A stretch of DNA of 63,997 nucleotides, counting the filler, from Ionaspis alba (taxonomy: Eukaryota): NCBI GenBank assembly GCA_964255285.1. It is 3 parts of 3 records of this genome, joined end to end, with 100 filler letters (N's around TTAATTAATTAA, not from the genome) between each part and the next. Parts side by side here need not be neighbours in the genome. Positions count along the whole stretch, not along the records: positions 22,980 to 45,815 come from CAXUUL010000195.1; 2 more parts are not named here. One strand, written 5' to 3'. This document shows positions 25,035 to 38,229 of the stretch, one piece after another (within the stretch, counting starts at the first letter, position 1; the number at the start of each line of letters is the position of its first letter). The translations under genes and the position numbers were made by a program. Below the pieces are notes generated by a model. It saw nothing but the letters and a program-made list of their open reading frames with translations, ran no database searches and was not told the DNA's origin.

Positions 25035-27184
25035 TCATAAACTTCTAAATACATTGCCACTAGCACTCCTTCTTCCCTTATCACGCCGAACCTCCGTCTT
25101 CTCAATCTTTCGAGCCTTGCTTGTCCTCTCCGGAGCAAAAGTAATATTCCTCTCGCCAACCACCGCCGTAGAAGTAATTCGATCGCTCCTGTTTTGAACC
25201 GCCCTCGATCCAAAAGAACGATCTCGACTTTGTTGTGGCTTCTTGGAAGAAGTCACGAGCATCTGCGGTCGATGTCCGGAACGTTTGTAAGAAACGGACG
25301 AAATCCTTCCTTTATCTGCAGCTTTCGTTTCCTCCTCGCTTGTGTTCCCACTCCCAGATTCATTCGAGAGATCCTCTTCCTCCACGGCGGTGTGCTTTCT
25401 TGGTAATTGATCTCCAGGATTGGTACTTGGATTGAGAGATTGAAATTCTCTGGAATCCTCATTAATAGCATAATCCTCATCCTGGAAAAGTTTGGCAAAT
25501 CGAGGGTCATCGAGAAGACCGTTCTTAGTCTGCCCTTCATCATCCCCGCCTTTCTCCAATACACGTCTCGCTCTTCTCCGGTCACTCCTCTCCTCCCTCT
25601 CCAAAATCTTCTCCACCAGCCTCTTGTTGACTTTGGCGGCAACCTTCTTCGACCCTCTTATTCTGCTCTCTCTTTCACCATCAATCTTCTCTTTGACTTT
25701 CTTTGAACGTTGTTCTTCCCAAATGAACGGATCAGCTATTAGTTTGGCTTCTTCATAAAGTCTCTGTGCCACAAAGTATCCATGCATATATGGCCTGAGC
25801 AGACTTGTAGTTCCCACGAGATGTGATAGATTCAGTGTTATCAATTGCTGCATCGTCAAGAACTTGTAGTTGTCGTAAATCTCACCTGCATGTTGATGAG
25901 TAAAGGCATTCGGATCATTCGGGTCTTCGGCCATTTCCTCGACCAGATTGTCAAGAAAAGTACACCATTTTGGAGCTGGCCCTAGTTGAGGGATAAAAAA
26001 TGAATGTTGCTGCCGTCCCTCGTTTGCAGTGAGCAACATTCCAGAATCTTTGCACCATGCTACCGAGTTCAAGTCCACAGTCGGTTCGACAGAAGTCCAA
26101 GGAGTTCCATCCCGTCCATCCCAGATCTTGATGATTCGCTTATCGGCCGAGAGGATCTTTGGATCGTCTCTAGATGTCGAGGACGAAGTCAAAAAGAGAA
26201 GTGTATGGACTGGAAAGCCGTAGCCTTGATCTTTCTTGAGAAAAGGTAAAGGCGATCGTAAGTCATAAAGATGTATGAGACCGGTGGATGTGCCAGCAAC
26301 CATATTTAATCCGGATCGGTGGAATTCCAAGGCTGTCACTTCTTGCTTGCCCTCGAATCCATCAGAACGAGAAGGTAGCTGCAATATCCCAACACGATTT
26401 CTGGAACGAGAATCCCAAAACTCAACACTACCAATGGAAGTGCCGAAAGCAAGAAGATTGTGACTATCTTCTGCGATGGCAGCTGTATTGACACTACCAG
26501 ACCCCACACCTCCTTGTAGAGTACCACCACCAATAGATGAGAAGTCGTCACCACCTACATCAATCTCGTAGCTTCGCATATATCTGCCCACTTCCAAGTT
26601 CAATCGATAGACCTCGCCGAGTCCGCTGTCATTGATGCCCACTGCAGGAACAAGAGCCTCCGCAGATCTCTTATCGTACTTCAAATCTCGGCCATATCTT
26701 GGTATGCGGGTAGTAAAGTGACATCCCTGAGGTGTATGAAACTCGATGGAACGGTCGGCTTGTAAATGAATGGACTTTGAATAGTCGGAGGACAGCAAGA
26801 GAAAAGTGGTGTTGAGAGAAGTGGTGTGTCTGGCATATGAGAGAGAGAGATGCGGTAAATAGTGAGTGTGGATTTGAGGTTTGTACGTGCCTAGAATGTA
26901 TCATGTTAGCAAGCACAATCAGAGCAGCCCCAAAAGGTCAAGAATTTTTGATCATTAAAAGACATACCAGTACTCATCACCCATTGGCCATCTTCACTGA
27001 CCCGAACACACTGACTAGCCTCCTCGAATTCGAAATCCTGCAAAAGTTCGATGCGGCTGGCATATTCCGGATCATTCTTAAGGCTGCGCTTTCGTTTTCT
27101 CGCAAGCCAGTCTGGTAACGGACGTGCAGTAGATGAGCCTGAGATGGTATAAACAGGGACATCGGAGTGATTTGTCAATTTCAT
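25035..27184 (-). CDS. ENP2: Ribosome biogenesis WD40 protein Enp2/NOL10 (NUC153 domain)
   Basis: MKLTNHSDVPVYTISG...RIELLQDFEFEEAS, FFIPQLGPAPKWCTFLDNLVEEM, LLRPYMHGYF and DPRFAKLF. One intron near 26967-26892. Confidence 0.92.
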
Positions 27185-27566
27185 GACTTCCACGAGCTTT
27201 CGCACAGCATGAGGGTTGGCGGAGTATCAAAAAAGATTTAAAGTTTCAGATTGAGTTTATCTCGCTTATCTTATCGGAGATCCTTGGCTTGACACTCTAG
27301 TCGTTCTCTCCTCTGACTCGGGACAAGCTTCAGGGATGGACGGCTTAGGAGGGATATCAATTCAGTACCGGCAGGCAGCTCTTCACGCCGAAGCCATACA
27401 GCCGTCTCAGCTTAGTAAAGTATCTTGTAGTTCAAAATGAGCTTATTTATTACTTTCGAAAGCAACTCACCGGCACTCATGACCCTAAGCTGTGACTAGT
27501 GCTCAGTGGCACTGAGACTATGGTCCGGTCACTAATAATGTTCGATTTCACTCCTGTTTCTGCGAA

Positions 27567-30500
27567 ATGATGGACTTTCCCCTCAACTCGCTCACCAACG
27601 TGCACAAAATCGTTAGTCTCTTATTACCTTCATATACTAAAGACCATCGTTGATAGTTCATTAGGAAGGAATTCTGTTCATTCAATGGTCCATATATACT
27701 ACCATAGAGACTACAGAAGAGTCGCAGGAAAGCCTGGAAGCAGTAGAATTCGAATTAAGGGATGGCGGGCATCATGTGCTTCTGGAACGCCGTCAAAGAA
27801 GGCTATGGACGTTCGATCTATCCGGTCCAGCTGTCCGGAAAGAGAACAAGACTGATGAGAAAGGAGACATCAATAATATTCTATCACACGGTGGGCTAAA
27901 GAGCAAGTGCATTGGAATCTTTCTTTCTTTTAATGTATAAGCTAATTTTCAAAGAGACGGCTTTTGGCTCCATCAAGGCGTCTGATGTTGATGATGTATC
28001 CAAGCCCCGTCAACGAGATGCGAATACAAACAAATCAATATCTGCTGCATCCGATACCATGAAAGGGGTCAAGAACCTGCAAGCATATCAAACCAATGCG
28101 AGCATGCTAGACCATGGCGTACGAAACAGTGACGGAGCAAAATCTCCATCCAGTTCTCCGGATGTTGAGGTCATCTATGCCAACGTCGTTTCTGCAATCT
28201 CTAGGTCCCTGCTACATATTCTAGCAAAGTCTGCAAGATATGTTCCTCTAACCATGGCCTCTTTCATCGCAGCTCCAATCAATGTCGGCTCATGTACTCA
28301 AGAGACCGAGGAGTACGGTTTGGATGATCCTATTGCCTCCGCGGAATTTTCGCTCAACGTACAGTGGCTTTCTTGTGGTGCCTTAGTAATCCTTAGCCAT
28401 CCGTTCAAAACTCCGCGTTGGTATAACCTCATCGACCGGCATCCTGAACCCCACCAGGTAGTCAGACTTTCGCCTCTCGGCATTTTTGCGACTTTCAACT
28501 CTTTCGTCGCCGACACTGATCATAGGGATGACGTTCCAGCTTCGAGTCCTCGTGAGATGTTTGTTGATACAGAAGATCAAGCATACAGCGCAGACCTTCC
28601 ATACCAAGCATCCATCCAAACATTCCTGAGACGTTACGGCATCACCATTACAAATCGGATTCTTTGGGCTTCAGTCTCTATCAATATTCCGAGCAATCCT
28701 CTTGACGACAAAAGTGGTTTAAACAATATGCAAGAACTATTATGGCCAGCGCATTTATGCTTTCATGAAGCTACGCGCGACATTGACGACCCTACAGATT
28801 CTCTTCTATGGGGTGGTGCTAGAATTGCTACTATTGACCCATTGGCGGAAGCCGAACAGTGGTATCTGGGGAAAGAAAGTCGAGAAATGGCCTTACGAGA
28901 GCATCGCCGGTCGCAGGAACAACAATCAAATATGCAGGCGCATGGTGCATCTTCGGAAGATGATTCTATATCTGGTCTTTTCCCCATCACTGTGTCACAA
29001 GGAGATGTACATGGTATGACCGGTATATATCCTACCCCACCTGACGGGTTCCAGTCCCAAGCTATGGCTACCTCAACAGATCGTGAGATCGCAGGTAGTA
29101 TACGCGACAAGGAAGGCCTGCAAGGCACCAATCGAAACACTGAGGTTGATGACACCCAAGGGACTGACGGGTCACACGTCCAATCACCTGATGGTAGCAT
29201 GCAGCTTGGGGACTACGACAATGACGATCTATTTGGTGATTATACAGCCAATGGATTGACCGAAGCCGATTTTAGTTTCTTTGACGAACCCGATGTTGAC
29301 GGCCATCAGACAACGTCTGAAGAGGTCAGGGATATGAAGATACTTGCTGGCGCTTCTAGCATCAAATCCCCTCAGACCTACTCGAACAACTTTAGAGCTG
29401 AGATCGACGATAGCCGTCAAGAAATCTTCGAACAAGAAGCTGATGCATTTAGTACCAGTAAGCCTGTATCCAAAGTCCAACTAAGAGATTCAAGACTGGT
29501 GTGCTAATGATGAGCAACAGAAACTAGCAATCAACTGGCCGAGGAGACGTTGAAAGGTCACCATTCATCTCTTATTTCCCATGATACTCGAGTTCAATCA
29601 AGTCTGACAAACAACGCCCTCCATTCTGGGAGTCCTCAATCAAGCGCGATTCAAACTTCTCAAATGGCCGACGAAGGACAAAATTCAGGGTCACCAAGCT
29701 TGTGGGATCGAAAATTCGGTATCTTCGGGTCTCTGCGGGTTACCACACCGACAGACACCCTCGACACCAAATATGAAGGTGGTGGAAGATTCGCAGTACC
29801 TGGAGTTGATCGTGGGGAAGAAGTTCGGGCGATCAAATCCCCACCAATAGACAAATCGATTCCACAGATTGGCAAAAAGATAGAGGCTCAGAGTGATGAT
29901 ATGGACTCGGGCAGAGGTTGTCTAGAACAGGTTCTGTAATTGATCGCTTGCTAATGAGCTCCTTAGAATCCGAGGACGAGGACAAGCTTTCTACTACATC
30001 GATGCTACAAGAACCGTTCCTCTGGACAAAAGGGCCGGAAGAAGATGCTCTGATAACGACCCCGTTGTCGACCCATAAAAGGAAACGCAGTGATATGTCG
30101 CAAGAAGATTCCCCCCAGCCAAAGACAATGATTGAATCCTTTGCCATGCACGATGACACATCTCTTGCCGACTTTCGACCGTCTTATCCACCATGGCTTC
30201 CGCGTGAGCGCGACTCCCGATCCTTGATGTCCTCCACGAGGCCACTTGCGATTCCTGCTGAAAGTAAGGGGAAACTATACTTCGGTAAAGGTAGCTACTT
30301 CATAGAGCTCGCTCAGATAGTTGCCGATCAACTGTCTACGCGGGCATCGTGTGGTGGCGACCTGGACTCGAAACCAATCAGACCTAGCTTACACGATGAA
30401 CTTCAAAGCATGGCAATGACAGTGGATCCACTGGTTGATGTTGTCCCCATACTGTTTCATCAAAGCGTTCGGTGTGACTTGCAGACTTGCACGTCTCTTG

Positions 30501-32307
30501 GTGAAGGTCTTCGATCCATGACCACGTCCAGAACGATCTCACGTCCAATCCAGCGGAAACAGGATCCACTAAAACTCCAGGGCGACGCCGTACCCCTGAT
30601 CACCTCACATCTCCAAATCCCGATACCGAATGTTCGAGTTTGTCGAGGAGAAACAGTCTTGGACATCTCGGCAACTTCCTTGCAGTTTTGGGAAGAGCTT
30701 GGCTTTAGCCCTTATTCGGGCGCCAAAAATATTGTTGCTTTCTGCATCTTTCCACACAGTGATATGATTCTACGTGGGGTCAATTCATTATTGGATATGA
30801 TGAAAAGCTCCTTCTATGGCTTGAAATTAGGAACATTTACAGCCGGATATGCATCTCTCGACGAATTCTCGAATGGACTTGTGTCATACTCTTTGCAACA
30901 TGAATCTTGGCAGGATATCATAAGTGCGATCGTTGCTGTCTGCGAGAGACTAGGTAATGGCAAAGAAGACTCGATTTCAACTGTCCTCCCGCTGATTACC
31001 GGCTGATAGGCACGAATTTAGCACGGTGTTTCCCTCGAGATCGAAGCATTGTCATATACATTTTAGATCCTTTCAGAAGCTCCAGCTATCTTCCCAATCT
31101 ATGCGAAGCTTTTATGAAGATATCCCAGCTATCCGACTACTCTCCAGGACATAATCTCGAGGCTAAATTAAATCATCTGTCGTGTAGAATCCTTCCTCTC
31201 TCTTGGGTAGCCTCCAGCACGACTATCCCAATGCCCTCCTCCAAGGCGTACGCACGACTAGCAAAAGAAACGTACGACAAGTGTCCCATCGAACCTCCTG
31301 AAGTTTCATCACCATACGCCTCTTCCTCCGTCGTCGAACTAGCCCAAAGTATTCCAAAATCACTCAGTTTAAAATTGACCTCGGAAATTACTCAAGTTTT
31401 GCCCAAGGGAGATACCATTTTCCACATAGCGTATTCCTGGGGTATAGACAGGCAATGGCTTTCATCTTCAACAACAGACAGTCTTGGGAAACAGCAATGG
31501 AAGGCTTCATATTGTCTTGGTCCAGGAGTGGTCGACCTTTGGAATGCCTTTCGTGATATTTGCAACCAGATACTGGAGACTGCTTTGGATATGATGCGCA
31601 AGGAACATTTCAACTATCGATTATTCGTGATCAAAGATCAAGTGATGGCTCAAGAGGAGTCAGACAGTATGTAGTTTCCTCCTCGATTGAGGACTCTGAT
31701 TGACTTTGCAGCTTGGATTGCTTTGATATCCCAGACAGAAAGCCCCTCCATCGATCTAGTACTTGTACAATCCGATCTGGCGCCGCCAATATGTTACGTG
31801 TCGGACACCAACCGACGATTTTCCGAGGTCACTGATCGACCGATGAATCCAACACCGGTCTCAACGCCGGGACAAACACCAGAAAGCCTACCTAGCCCTT
31901 GCTCGCAGCCTGGCTTCTCTTCGGCATCCAAGTCTTTGGACACGTTTGAAATGCATCCTTCAGCGCGTTTGATTGACATTACGGACGAATGTTGGGCTCT
32001 AACGTCTGCTCGATCACTGTCTAGTCGAGATCCTGGAGCCAGGGTTCCTCCTATCATCCAAAATGGATATCTGATCAAGAGGGCTGGAACGGAAGACAGA
32101 GATGGTTGGTCAATGATGAGTGTGCAAATCGTCCACGCGGAAAAATGGTTGGAAGACTCAATGGTAGAACTTTTGAAGATGTATCGTTCCTTGGTTACGC
32201 TATCAAAAGCCAGAGGCATTGAGCATGGTGTCCTGCCTTGGCATATTGTTGTTGCGAGGAAGGCTCAAGAGGGATTGAGCTCTTTGATGTATTATGATCC
32301 AACTTAG
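27567..32307 (+). CDS. MED13: Mediator kinase-module subunit 13 (multi-exon)
   Basis: N-terminal MDFPLNSLTNVHKI, then LWPAHLCF, IYPTPPDG, TEADFSFFDEPD, FWEELGFSPYSGAKN, HIAYSW and LPWHI across consecutive ORFs separated by short GT-AG introns. Confidence 0.85.
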
Positions 32308-32820
32308 TTGATACCTCTTGTATACCACATGTGCGGGCTGTCTTCACCTGTGTCGATTGCATCTCCCCAAGAATGGGGTTTTTGTAGAGCAAAACAAGCC
32401 ATACCCACAACTGCGGCCGGGTCGGCATCTACTACCTCGAACTAAGGCGACTTGCCCACCGAAGATCTCGAAACCTAATTAGTGTTGGGGTTCGGCATCC
32501 CTAAATTCTTACTTGTAGTCCCACCTTTCCTCTCAACCGCGTGCCCTGCTCTGCATTGCCACTTTGGAGAGTGCCGCATCGCAGACATCAAGAGAAGCCC
32601 ATTTTAGTCTTCTCCATCCCGTACTCTCTGTCATATCTTTTGGTTTCTGTTCTTTCAGTAGATGCGGCTTCATCGTCTTGCATTGGTGTACCAAAAAGTG
32701 GTCAGGCTTCGCTCACCCGCTTTTCTTGCCAAGAACTAGGGCTTCTTAGTCCAAATCCGTCAGTGCAATATAGCGTTCCTCTTTCTCAGTCGGGGGTTTT
32801 CTTTCAGATGGTTGTGGAGA

Positions 32821-34192
32821 ATGACGGAACTTCCGCAGAGCTTTGATGGTAACTAATTTTCAACCCTAGTCCAGCTTTAGCTCAACATCTACGATTGCAC
32901 TTCCTCTACATAATCCTCTGATACTTGTCTAGGACTCGTCCAGGTTGCCATCATCGGCGGGACTGGCCTCTCACATCTACCAAATTTCACACCAATCGCA
33001 TCCCTCCCTGTCTCGCATACCTATCTCCGCACACCTTGGGGCCCTCCCTCTGGTCCTATTACCATACTATCACACCCTCGTGCCAAATGCCCTCCACTGA
33101 ATGTCGCGTTCCTCTCCCGACATGGTCTTCACCATGAGCTCGCGCCGCACGAAGTCAATTCAAGGGCGAACATCGCCGCGCTGAGAAAACTGGGTGTTCG
33201 GTGTGTGATTGCGTTCAGTGCAGTGGGAAGCTTGAGAGAAGAGGTGAAGCCAAGGGACTTCCTGATACCGGATCAGGTTATAGATAGGACCAAAGGAGTG
33301 AGTAACCTCTCCAGTGCTTAATGGCTCGAGTAGCTGGTGGAGGATTAAGAGTGATCAAATGGCAACGGAGCTGGTTTCAGGAGATATACGGAATAGTGTA
33401 CTCGTGAAAATCGGCTTGGATGCTGAACTCGGGCATCCTGTTCAGATGAACAACGGAAGGTTTTTCCAGTCGAAACTGACTGACGTGTTCTCTTCGTTAG
33501 GTTAGACCATGGACATTCTTCGAAGACGGGGTCGTCGGCCATGTGGGATTTGCGGACCCGTTTGACAATGGACTGAGAGAACTTGTAATCAAAGCGATCG
33601 ACAGCAAAGATATACTAGAAGGAGATGACATCAAACTACATGAAAGCGGTACCCTGATCTGTATGGGTACGAATATCCTTCTATGCATCTAATGTTCTCA
33701 GACCCACCTCTCTAAACGACAACCCTCACCGTTTGAACAAGCGCTGATCCTGTCGTTTGAGTTACAGAAGGACCTCAATTCTCTACTCGTGCCGAGTCCA
33801 ATCTCTACCGGTCCTGGTCGGGCTCCGTGATTAACATGTCCTGCTTACCTGAAGCAAAATTAGCCCGCGAGGCCGAGATGAGCTATGCAATGATCTGCAT
33901 GTCTACTGATTACGACAGTTGGCATGATACTAATGAGACGGTCAGTGTTGAGATGGTGATGGGGCACATGACTGCAAACGCGGACAACGCAAAGCGAATT
34001 GTCGGTGCAGTCTTGAATGTTCTAGGTGAAGAAACGGCTGTGGAGAATAAGGATATGGATACCGTCAGGGCCTTGGTTGGCGGCAAGCAGTGGGAAGGGC
34101 AGACGAAATTCGCGGCAGGCATGACAAAAATAGAAGGAAGGAAGAAGAACACTGTTGAGAAGCTGAGATGGCTATTTCCAGATTATTTCTGA
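32821..34192 (+). CDS. MEU1: S-methyl-5'-thioadenosine phosphorylase
   Basis: [53 protein letters not shown] and TDYD. Introns 32849-32932, 33298-33500 and 33667-33767; 984 nt spliced. Confidence 0.93.
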
Positions 34193-34518
34193 GTGCTGAA
34201 GCCTCCTGCTCTTTGAACGCACGGAGGTGTGAAACCAGGAGAGTATGGATAGATAGATGATAGAGCTAGAATAGAGCATAACGTATGGCCTGGATCATCA
34301 GTATTCGTTCTTGTGTCCCAAGGTGAATGGGAGATTTCTGAATCTCGCAAGCTCGGATTTGGTAATAATTGGCGTTGTGGGACCATGCATCGATTGGCTC
34401 ATGCTAAATTTGCATAGATTGTCACGGTCTACCACCACTGAATGTGGATCCTCATAACTCTCAAGTGTATGCCCTTGTGGTGAAGTAGTAGCTCGAAATC
34501 AAAGTAGGAACCACATTT

Positions 34519-36003
34519 TCAGACTTTGTAGAAACAAAAGGCGTGATAGAAGCTCACAGCTTCCAGCTCATCCTTGGTAAGCAACAAAGGGCCCCCACTG
34601 TTCTCCCGCACTCCCATGCGCACACTTAAAGGACCTAAAATCGGATCGTCCTTCTCATGCTTGAAAATATCCGCAAATGGCATTCGGTACTGCATCTCGA
34701 GATTGTAATCCTCGGCCAAAGCACGAAAAGCTTCCCAAGGAACAACGTACTCTGGTACCTCCTCAACGGCCTCCTCCATGAAATAGCTATATTTCCAGCC
34801 ATATGGTGGACGGAAAATTCCATCTTCAGGAGTCTTCCCAGGAAATCTAACACGATAGATACTGTTGCCCCACTCCAGTAGCTCCTGGTCGTCAACTTCA
34901 CCGTCCTCAGCAGGGTCTGAATCGTCTCGCTTGGAATCACCGTTGATATGCTTCTCGGTCCCATCATTTTCCGCTTTGAGTGGCTGGTCAATTTTCGCCC
35001 TACCCTCTTTTCGGGGCCGAGCCTGATGAAAACTCTCGACCTTGGAACGCAAGACATCTGAATTGGGTATCACACCGATGAATCGCCCACTTTTCTTTAG
35101 ACTCCCTGCTACGTTGCGCAGCATGCCTCGCGCTTTTGCTTCGCTCTCGAACGCGTAGTGCATACAGAACATCATGGTTACGACATCGAAACCGCCACCG
35201 CCCCACCGAGCAGATCCACGTCCGCCTGGCCCGACACTTCCGTCAATACCAACATCTCGAATGAGCGGTATATCTCCAATCCATTCCCCATAACCGTCCT
35301 TGACGTAAAATTCTCCCTGGAAAAGTCGGCCGCGAGATCGTCCTCGCATCTCGGCATACCGATCTCGTGCTTGCTCGATGGACACTTCGGCTGGATCGAC
35401 TCCGACATACAGCTCCACTGGCTGTGGTGCTTTTTGCCATTTCCCTAAATCTCCTCCCTTGCCACATCCAATATCTAGAACAAGTAGACCGTTTGTTTGT
35501 CCTGAACTTTCACCTTGCAAGTATCCCTCGCTGGGAGAGAATTTTTGAATGAGTACACTTTTAGCCCAATTGTTGTAGTTTCGTAAGCCTCGAATTTTAC
35601 TATCCGTCCTCCTCCAGTCTCGCCCGCGTTGTGGCACAGAATTGTAATGCTGTCGGACCACGTCTTGAACGCCTCGAGTAGCAGCCACTATTCGAGCCTC
35701 CTGACGTTCGTCTCTTTCTCTTTCTAGCTGACGTTGACGAGCAGTCTCTTTGTCAGCCAACGCGATCTTGGACGCTGCCCCGGGTCTTCTTCGCTGTCGA
35801 GGTGGAGATCTTGGGGGAGGGCTTGGAGATCTACGAGTCTTCTTGACTGGGTTTTGCAACGACTCTGGTTCGCGCACTCTCTTCAGCTTCTTTCTAGGAG
35901 GATCTTCGGATAGTGGTTGTGAGGGTCGGCTAGGAGAAGGATGCTGCGCTTCTTCGGGGGCGGACTCTGCGGGCTTGAACGTGTCGCGCGCAGGGTCGTA
36001 CAT
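34519..36003 (-). CDS. ABD1: mRNA cap guanine-N7 methyltransferase
   Basis: VRQHYN, LRNYNNWAKSVLI, VLDIGCGKGGDLGKW, MFCMHYAFESE and VPEYVVPW. The start was taken at the ATG of MYDPARD, because the ORF-track start is a GTG. Confidence 0.93.
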   Translation of the reverse strand: MYDPARDTFKPAESAPEEAQHPSPSRPSQPLSEDPPRKKLKRVREPESLQNPVKKTRRSPSPPPRSPPRQRRRPGAASKIALADKETARQRQLERERDERQEARIVAATRGVQDVVRQHYNSVPQRGRDWRRTDSKIRGLRNYNNWAKSVLIQKFSPSEGYLQGESSGQTNGLLVLDIGCGKGGDLGKWQKAPQPVELYVGVDPAEVSIEQARDRYAEMRGRSRGRLFQGEFYVKDGYGEWIGDIPLIRDVGIDGSVGPGGRGSARWGGGGFDVVTMMFCMHYAFESEAKARGMLRNVAGSLKKSGRFIGVIPNSDVLRSKVESFHQARPRKEGRAKIDQPLKAENDGTEKHINGDSKRDDSDPAEDGEVDDQELLEWGNSIYRVRFPGKTPEDGIFRPPYGWKYSYFMEEAVEEVPEYVVPWEAFRALAEDYNLEMQYRMPFADIFKHEKDDPILGPLSVRMGVRENSGGPLLLTKDELEAVSFYHAFCFYKV

Positions 36004-36896
36004 GTTGGCTATATCTGAGAAGACGGCTGTCTCTGTTGAGCTCACTTATTAGGTTATTAGACTGACAATGGAAAAAGCATCGCGATCGTTTGCGTTTTCC
36101 TTTATTATCTTGAAGTTCCGTACAGGGCTGAAGACTTGGCGCGCTAATATTGATAGTGCTATAAGTTCTTTGACTGACTACCGGGAAGACATTATTGGAG
36201 ATCTCGTCCTCCGTTTCCTCTATGAGGTTTGATGCAGCTATCTTATTATCACTAAAGGCACGAGCGCCGTAATGGAAAAAAATACGGAGCAAATGACTCG
36301 CCTTGCTGTATCCTTTGAACATTTGAGGAATATGGTACTCAGTACTATCGCTGTTGGTGCCGCAGTGACCCCGACTGTGGTCAAGACTAATGCTGAACAT
36401 CCAATCCACTCTGTCTGTTGTACCTCACATACAGTGACATGCCAAGTACCCCAATCGCAAAGGGCGGCCTCAAAAGCCTATAGCTCATATATCTCATATG
36501 ACGAAGGCTTATCGCCGATCCAGCAGTTCCTCCATTACACCTCCCTTTATAACGTGAAGGATCTCCAAGCATTCACTTCTGCGCATACGGATGTTTATTC
36601 CATATGTAGATTCAACCAGAGTTCGTACACAGAGATGTACGTGCTTTTTCAATCGACTGGGACACGGCCTTCATTGCATGTAGCAAGGGATGCAGCCGAC
36701 TCTCTAACAAGCATGGGTCGTTTCGAGGTGGTGGAAAATGCCAGTACTCCCCTTCCCAGTACTTACCTGAGACTTTTACCCCAAGCACGTATGCTTTGCT
36801 CCCATAGAGTAGATGCAAAGTTACTGTGTCCCAACGCAACTTCGACAACTTCCTCGGGAGACATTATAAAATAGGCCCCAGTATTGTGACAACAGC

Positions 36897-38048
36897 TCAC
36901 AGTCCGATCTTTCGCCCTATTGCTTCGGCCACATTCATGAATGATTGGCCGCGCGGACTGGAAGGCTCAGATACAACTGTCGGCTTGCCACGATCTGCAT
37001 CATCACATATGCTCGCATGCAATGGGATATCACCAAGAAAATCTATGTTATTCGCCAAGCATTGTCGGTTGACGCCCGCCGAGCCAAAGATGTGAGTGCT
37101 TTGATTACAGTGGGGACAAGTGAAGATGGACATATTCTGAATCATGCCAAGTATCTCCATCGTCATGTTAGCAGCGCTAGATTTGACAGTAATGAAATAA
37201 AACTTACTGGTACTTCAACTTTCTGAAACATGGCGATACCTTTTACTGCATCTTTCAAGGCGATGTCTTGTGGCGTTGAAACGATTACAGCTCCTGTTTT
37301 GACTTCAGTTCTGAAATCAAGGGATGGAATATTTGTTTGACCCACCATCGAGCTTGACTTGTTGTGTGATAGTCAATTGAGTATCCCCTGTGCCGGGTGG
37401 TAGATCTAGTACTAGGACATCCAGACCACCCCAGTCGACTTCATGCAACAATTGCTGCAACGCTTTCATAACCATCAAGCCGCGCCACACAATTGGTGCT
37501 TTCTCATCCACGAGGAAACCCATCGACATGGCTTTGACGCCATAGTTGGTGAGAGGAATCAACTGGTTATCTGCCAATGAATGAAAGCATCAACTCAGCA
37601 ATTTGCCGTGAACGGCCCACAACAAGAGAACTGACTGGGAGAGAGACGAGGCTCGTCAGAGAGGTTCATCAGGGTTGGAACAGACGGGCCGAAGATATCT
37701 GTGTCCAATATGCCTGCACGATGACCGCTGCGACTGAATGAGAGTGCAAGATTTACTACGAGAGCGATCAATGAGAGAGAGTTCCTGATTTAAAAAAAGA
37801 GTCCGAGGCTCGTACCTGCGATAGTTGATTTACCGACGCCACCCTTAGCTGAAGAGACCGCAATGACTTTTCGAACATCCCGAATGTTACGCTTCTCCGG
37901 AAGACCTCGCTGTCGACGTGGAAGCTGAGGTGGAGTACCTGAGTGAGGCAGACCCTAGGGTCACAATTAATATGGGATTCACGTTTCAGTCAGCTGATGA
38001 GCTTGATACCAAAGGATTTTCGTGTCGTAGACATCTCAGTGTAGAGAA
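36897..38048 (-). CDS. IND1: Mrp/NBP35-family Fe-S scaffold ATPase, mitochondrial Ind1/NUBPL type (5' end lies in the gap)
   Basis: [46 protein letters not shown] and [10 protein letters not shown]. The visible N-terminus [13 protein letters not shown] looks like a presequence. Multiple introns. Confidence 0.85.
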
Positions 38049-38148
38049 NNNNNNNNNNNNNNNNNNNNNNNNNNNNNNNNNNNNNNNNNNNNNNNNNNNN
38101 NNNNNNNNNNNNNNNNNNNNNNNNNNNNNNNNNNNNNNNNNNNNNNNN
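38049..38148. other. 100-N scaffold gap covering the IND1 start codon and the shared divergent promoter
   Basis: 100 Ns between the IND1 5' end and the BSD gene. Confidence 0.95.
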
Positions 38149-38229
38149 TTAAGGCGCCAATCTTTCTTTCCAACTCGGGCATGAAACGGAGTCTACTCCC
38201 CCGTATCCGAGTAGATCTTATCTAGTAGT

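Noticed and set aside
27238..27246. TTAAAGTTT, a Wor1/Ryp1-like binding motif in the ENP2/MED13 divergent promoter
   Set aside because: A single 9-mer is readily expected by chance in 64 kb, and it lies on a different scaffold from the WOPR gene.
33298..33500. Unusually long MTAP intron as a possible snoRNA host
   Set aside because: No convincing RTGATGA box C with a terminal stem or rRNA-complementary guide could be identified by eye.
36760..36770. TACTTACCTG resembling the U1 snRNA 5' end
   Set aside because: No U1-70K loop, U1A loop or Sm site follows; it is a chance or antisense donor match.
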